The notes beneath the pieces were generated by a model. The model was not told where the DNA came from. It searched no databases and worked only from the letters and a program-made list of their open reading frames with translations. Source: a virus (Duplodnaviria > Caudoviricetes). From it: DNA of 37,486 nt. Shown piece after piece: positions 34,277-37,486 of the stretch (positions are counted from its first letter, which is position 1; each line of letters opens with the position of its first letter). A program made the translations under genes and the position numbers. The stretch is from IMG/VR virus record IMGVR_UViG_3300017909_000959, positions 1 through 37,486 of that record. One strand, 5' to 3'.

Positions 34277-36208
34277 TTAACTCGTCGCGCTAGGGTTTAA
34301 AGAACGACCTATCTCATACATATTAGTTCCGTCACTTAAAAATACTAAGATACTTCTAGCACTTGCAGTGGATGTTACTACTGGAACTGCTCCAGTAAAC
34401 TTGTATGTGGTATGATAACTCAGGGTGTGACCACCACTACTATCTTGTATAACAGTTAAAATATAAACACCCCCTTGAACTTGATTGGTAGCCTGACCTA
34501 GTGTTCTGTTGGCAGTTATTTCTACTCTTGCAACTTGATTTGCGCTTGCATCCCAAGATATTGTTGCACCGTCAGTCAGGGTAGTTTCATTAAAGTTTTG
34601 TGTCTTTGTATATTCTTGTGCAATAGCTAATCCTGCCAACGTGGTTGTAGCTGTTGGCAAAGTAATCGTACCCGTATTACTAATGCTGGATATTACAGGA
34701 GTTGTTAATGTTTTGTTAGTAAGGGTTTGTGAACCTGTAAGCGTAGTAACCGTACTATCTATTGCAAAAGTAACAGCGTTACCTGACCCACTTGTGTCGA
34801 TGCCTGTACCCCCTGTAAATGTCAGAGTTTCAGTATCTAGGTCAATAGATAACGCACCGCCTGAGTCTGCTTGAAAATCTAAATCGCTATCACCAACAGT
34901 AGAATCAACGTACGCTTTAATTGACTGTTGTGTTGCAAGTGCTGTAGCACTGTCTGTTGACATGTTATCTTCATCTAAGATAGCAGTTACAGTTGCACCA
35001 CTCGCCAGTGTTAAGTTTGTGTTTGCGGTTAAGTTTGTAAACGTACCTGCTGCTGCAGATGAACCCCCTACTATCGTTCCATCTATTGCACCACTATCAA
35101 TATCAACCTTACTAATATCTACTTCACCCGTGCCGTTTGGTGTTAAGGCGATGTTTCCGTCGGTATCCGTACTGGTGATTGCGTTTCCGTTGATGTTGAT
35201 GTTGTCTACGTCTAAGTCACCAGTAATATCTGTTGCGCCTGTAATATTTGTTGCGCCTGTGATTGCAAGAGTAGCTGTATCAATAGTTACGGTAGTAGAT
35301 GCGTCTATATCTACTGTTGGAGCAACAATCTCTATCTCTGTGTCAGCATCGATGTCTAACTGTCCATCTGTGCTTGAAGCAATAGATAGTGCAGAGTCCC
35401 TAAACTGCAGAGCTATAGCCGCATTCAAACGAAGTGCAGTATCCGCAACATGTGTTAAAGTAACGTCGTCATCTGCACCGAAAGATAACACAGAGGAGTC
35501 AGACCGTAATGCTACATCATCTGCCGCAATAATATCGTCGCTCTGTAGCGTCATAGCTAGTGTGAGAGCTTCAGCGTTACCTGTCTTAAAAGTAAGTTTT
35601 ACTTGGTCATCACCACTATCATCTAAGGTATCCACAACCACAGCATCTATCTGTGCAAGGTCAACACCTGACTGTTGTGTATCCAAGCTCTCCCATATAA
35701 TAGACCCTACAATCTCTGTAGCAGTCATATCTGTAGATAAGTTTGTAAGAGTAACTACTGGGGCATCATTCTTGCGAACATTCAGGGCAGTTACAAACGC
35801 TGTGTTGAATGCGTAAGTAGATGAACCTAAATCGTACGTGGCTGTAGTTACTGGCTGTAGGTGTGAGCCTACTCCATCTGCAGACCCGTCAGATGCCGCA
35901 ACCGTTAGCTTATCGATGTAAGCAACGCCATCTAAATACAAGTCTTTAAACTCTGCAGAAGACGTACCTAAGTCCAGATTGTTATCTGCACTTGGCACAA
36001 GAGCAGAAGAAGTTTGTTCTAATTGTCCTGCTGGGCCTAACTTACTTACTGGGCCTCCATCTCCTGTCGTTGAGCCGTCGTGAGTGTGTCCTGATGATAC
36101 GTTGAACGCGGCCTCAATAGCGTTAAACTCGCCATCTAGGGGCGCGGCATTAATAACGTTACCGTCAGCTATGTTATTTGCTGTATCGTTTCGTGTGTAA
36201 CCTGCCAT
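34277..36208 (-). CDS. Tail fibre/spike protein
   Basis: N-terminal anchor (GYTR...GEFNAIEAAF...GHTHDG); DLG..S..F..LY repeats; LATQQSIKAYVD; QTLTNKTLT; C-terminal QDSSGGHTL domain. Confidence 0.85.
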   Translation of the reverse strand: MAGYTRNDTANNIADGNVINAAPLDGEFNAIEAAFNVSSGHTHDGSTTGDGGPVSKLGPAGQLEQTSSALVPSADNNLDLGTSSAEFKDLYLDGVAYIDKLTVAASDGSADGVGSHLQPVTTATYDLGSSTYAFNTAFVTALNVRKNDAPVVTLTNLSTDMTATEIVGSIIWESLDTQQSGVDLAQIDAVVVDTLDDSGDDQVKLTFKTGNAEALTLAMTLQSDDIIAADDVALRSDSSVLSFGADDDVTLTHVADTALRLNAAIALQFRDSALSIASSTDGQLDIDADTEIEIVAPTVDIDASTTVTIDTATLAITGATNITGATDITGDLDVDNININGNAITSTDTDGNIALTPNGTGEVDISKVDIDSGAIDGTIVGGSSAAAGTFTNLTANTNLTLASGATVTAILDEDNMSTDSATALATQQSIKAYVDSTVGDSDLDFQADSGGALSIDLDTETLTFTGGTGIDTSGSGNAVTFAIDSTVTTLTGSQTLTNKTLTTPVISSISNTGTITLPTATTTLAGLAIAQEYTKTQNFNETTLTDGATISWDASANQVARVEITANRTLGQATNQVQGGVYILTVIQDSSGGHTLSYHTTYKFTGAVPVVTSTASARSILVFLSDGTNMYEIGRSLNPSATS

Positions 36209-36213
36209 GTCTG

Positions 36214-37486
36214 TTACCTTCTCCCGTATTGTCCAAATTCAATTACGGCTGAGTCCATTGAAAATGGTGGGCTTGTGCCGCTAGATTCAAATTGTAGTGA
36301 CACTGTAAACCCTGAACCTTGTGTTTGTGTGTCGAAAATCGATTGAAGGGATTCTCCACTGTATCTGGCTGTGCCGTACTTTGCATCTGGACTTCCAAAT
36401 ATAAATGTACCCCCTGAACCTACTGATGTATTACTAAGTGTTATTGTTTCAGGCTCTATAACTCCAGCTTCACTCAAATCGTACTTAACGTTAAAATCTA
36501 AATCTACTGAGCCTTGAGGGTCTGTGTATATCGTAGCACGGTAGATTGTTTTGCGAGTTCGTGGGTCAGTAATAGGAAAGTACGGAGTAGAAAAACTCGC
36601 TGTTATATCATCCCCATCAAAACTATTTCCCGACTCCATTTGATAAACGTACCCGTCGTTGTTTCCAAATAAAACTACTTCTTCTCTGCCTGTGTACGTC
36701 GAATCTGCAACAAATGATTTGATGCCCGTAGTTTCTGCCCAGTTTATTTGTTGACCTTGCGCTCCCTGCAGTTGTGTCCCTATAATCCCTTTAGAGGATG
36801 CTTCTGTTGTGTTTGCATCAAAACCAAAGATACGGTATTGTGACTTTTCTCGTATGGTTACAGAAGAAAAAGTAGTGTTCTGTGTTGTTAGGGAAACCAT
36901 CTCCTTCTGTATAGGTTTGCTTATTGCAGCTAAATCAAAATCTTGATTCTTTTCTGTTCCTGCAAGTGTACGCAACCCGTCTGGGCCTAAGAATATTACG
37001 TCTCCTGCTATCTCTTGTGCGGTATCTTCTGCAACGCAACCTATATCATCTGCTATAGGTTGTAATTGGAAATCAGCTACACTATTTCCTACCAACCTGT
37101 TTATACGAAACTCAGAAAATATAATGAGTTGTTCACGAAAGGGTATTAAAGCAGTAATCGTACTTCCTACGTTGATTATACCAGCCCCGTTAGCTGCTGT
37201 AAAGTCATCGTCTTCAAAAGGCGCAGAAAATATAAGGTTTGAACCTTTTGCAAGAAACATGTGTTCTTTAAATTCTACGACGTGTGTAGCCCCTTCAATG
37301 TCTGTGCTTCCATTGCTTGAACTAAGTTGACTCAAGTTACTTGCTGTTATCCCTGCTAAGATTAACGGATATCCAATCCCATCGGTAATCATCATCTTGT
37401 CCGTACCATCAAAGTTGTACTTTGCAAAACGAACACGAGAAGCGTTGTTTCCAAGAGTTATGCTTGTTGATAAATCAACCCAAGCA
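36214..37486 (-). CDS. Tail tubular/stabilisation (beta-propeller nozzle) protein, 5'-truncated
   Basis: Frame continues to the window edge; ITALIPFREQLIIF, IGCVA, VIFLGPDGLRTL, AISKPIQ patterns. Confidence 0.75.
   Translation of the reverse strand, partial: AWVDLSTSITLGNNASRVRFAKYNFDGTDKMMITDGIGYPLILAGITASNLSQLSSSNGSTDIEGATHVVEFKEHMFLAKGSNLIFSAPFEDDDFTAANGAGIINVGSTITALIPFREQLIIFSEFRINRLVGNSVADFQLQPIADDIGCVAEDTAQEIAGDVIFLGPDGLRTLAGTEKNQDFDLAAISKPIQKEMVSLTTQNTTFSSVTIREKSQYRIFGFDANTTEASSKGIIGTQLQGAQGQQINWAETTGIKSFVADSTYTGREEVVLFGNNDGYVYQMESGNSFDGDDITASFSTPYFPITDPRTRKTIYRATIYTDPQGSVDLDFNVKYDLSEAGVIEPETITLSNTSVGSGGTFIFGSPDAKYGTARYSGESLQSIFDTQTQGSGFTVSLQFESSGTSPPFSMDSAVIEFGQYGRR

Noticed and set aside
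35220-35265. Near-tandem 18-nt repeat (TGTTGCGCCTGT) in the tail fibre
   Set aside because: Encodes ordinary ITGATN/ITGATD fibre repeats; no reverse transcriptase or TR/VR pair, so not a diversity-generating retroelement
34962-35816. 284-aa plus-strand ORF
   Set aside because: Antisense shadow of the T/D/A/I-rich tail fibre; S/V-rich composition and no motifs
1-37486. Apparent abundance of TCTAGA
   Set aside because: Rough count (about a dozen) matches the expectation from base composition, unlike CGTACG

Overview
This window is a large part of a marine podovirus-type phage genome, apparently assembled circularly permuted. It resembles the HMO-2011-type group: the PolA carries a DnaJ-like CxxCxGxG insert, and there is a class II ribonucleotide reductase. 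Layout: (i) 1-8143, minus strand, start of the late operon (terS, terL, portal, virion proteins); (ii) 8144-8866, non-coding control and probable terminus region with back-to-back sigma70 promoters; (iii) 8867-13856, minus strand, early or host-interaction genes (HTH, DUF932, GP88-like, RHH regulator); (iv) 13988-24825, plus strand, replication and nucleotide metabolism; (v) 24813-37486, minus strand, tail and internal virion genes. No capsid gene, tRNA or CRISPR array is visible. Most notable observations: a tyrosine-recombinase catalytic domain with a virion-like C-terminal extension, encoded between terL and portal; a perfect 31-bp inverted repeat forming two identical outward-facing promoters around the RHH gene; a roughly 6-fold excess of the palindrome CGTACG; a promoter-driven ORF-less hairpin unit (candidate sRNA); a split PolA; an overprinted portal 3' end; and a phage-borne DUF1127 gene. 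All protein assignments come from motif recognition by eye; no database search was run.
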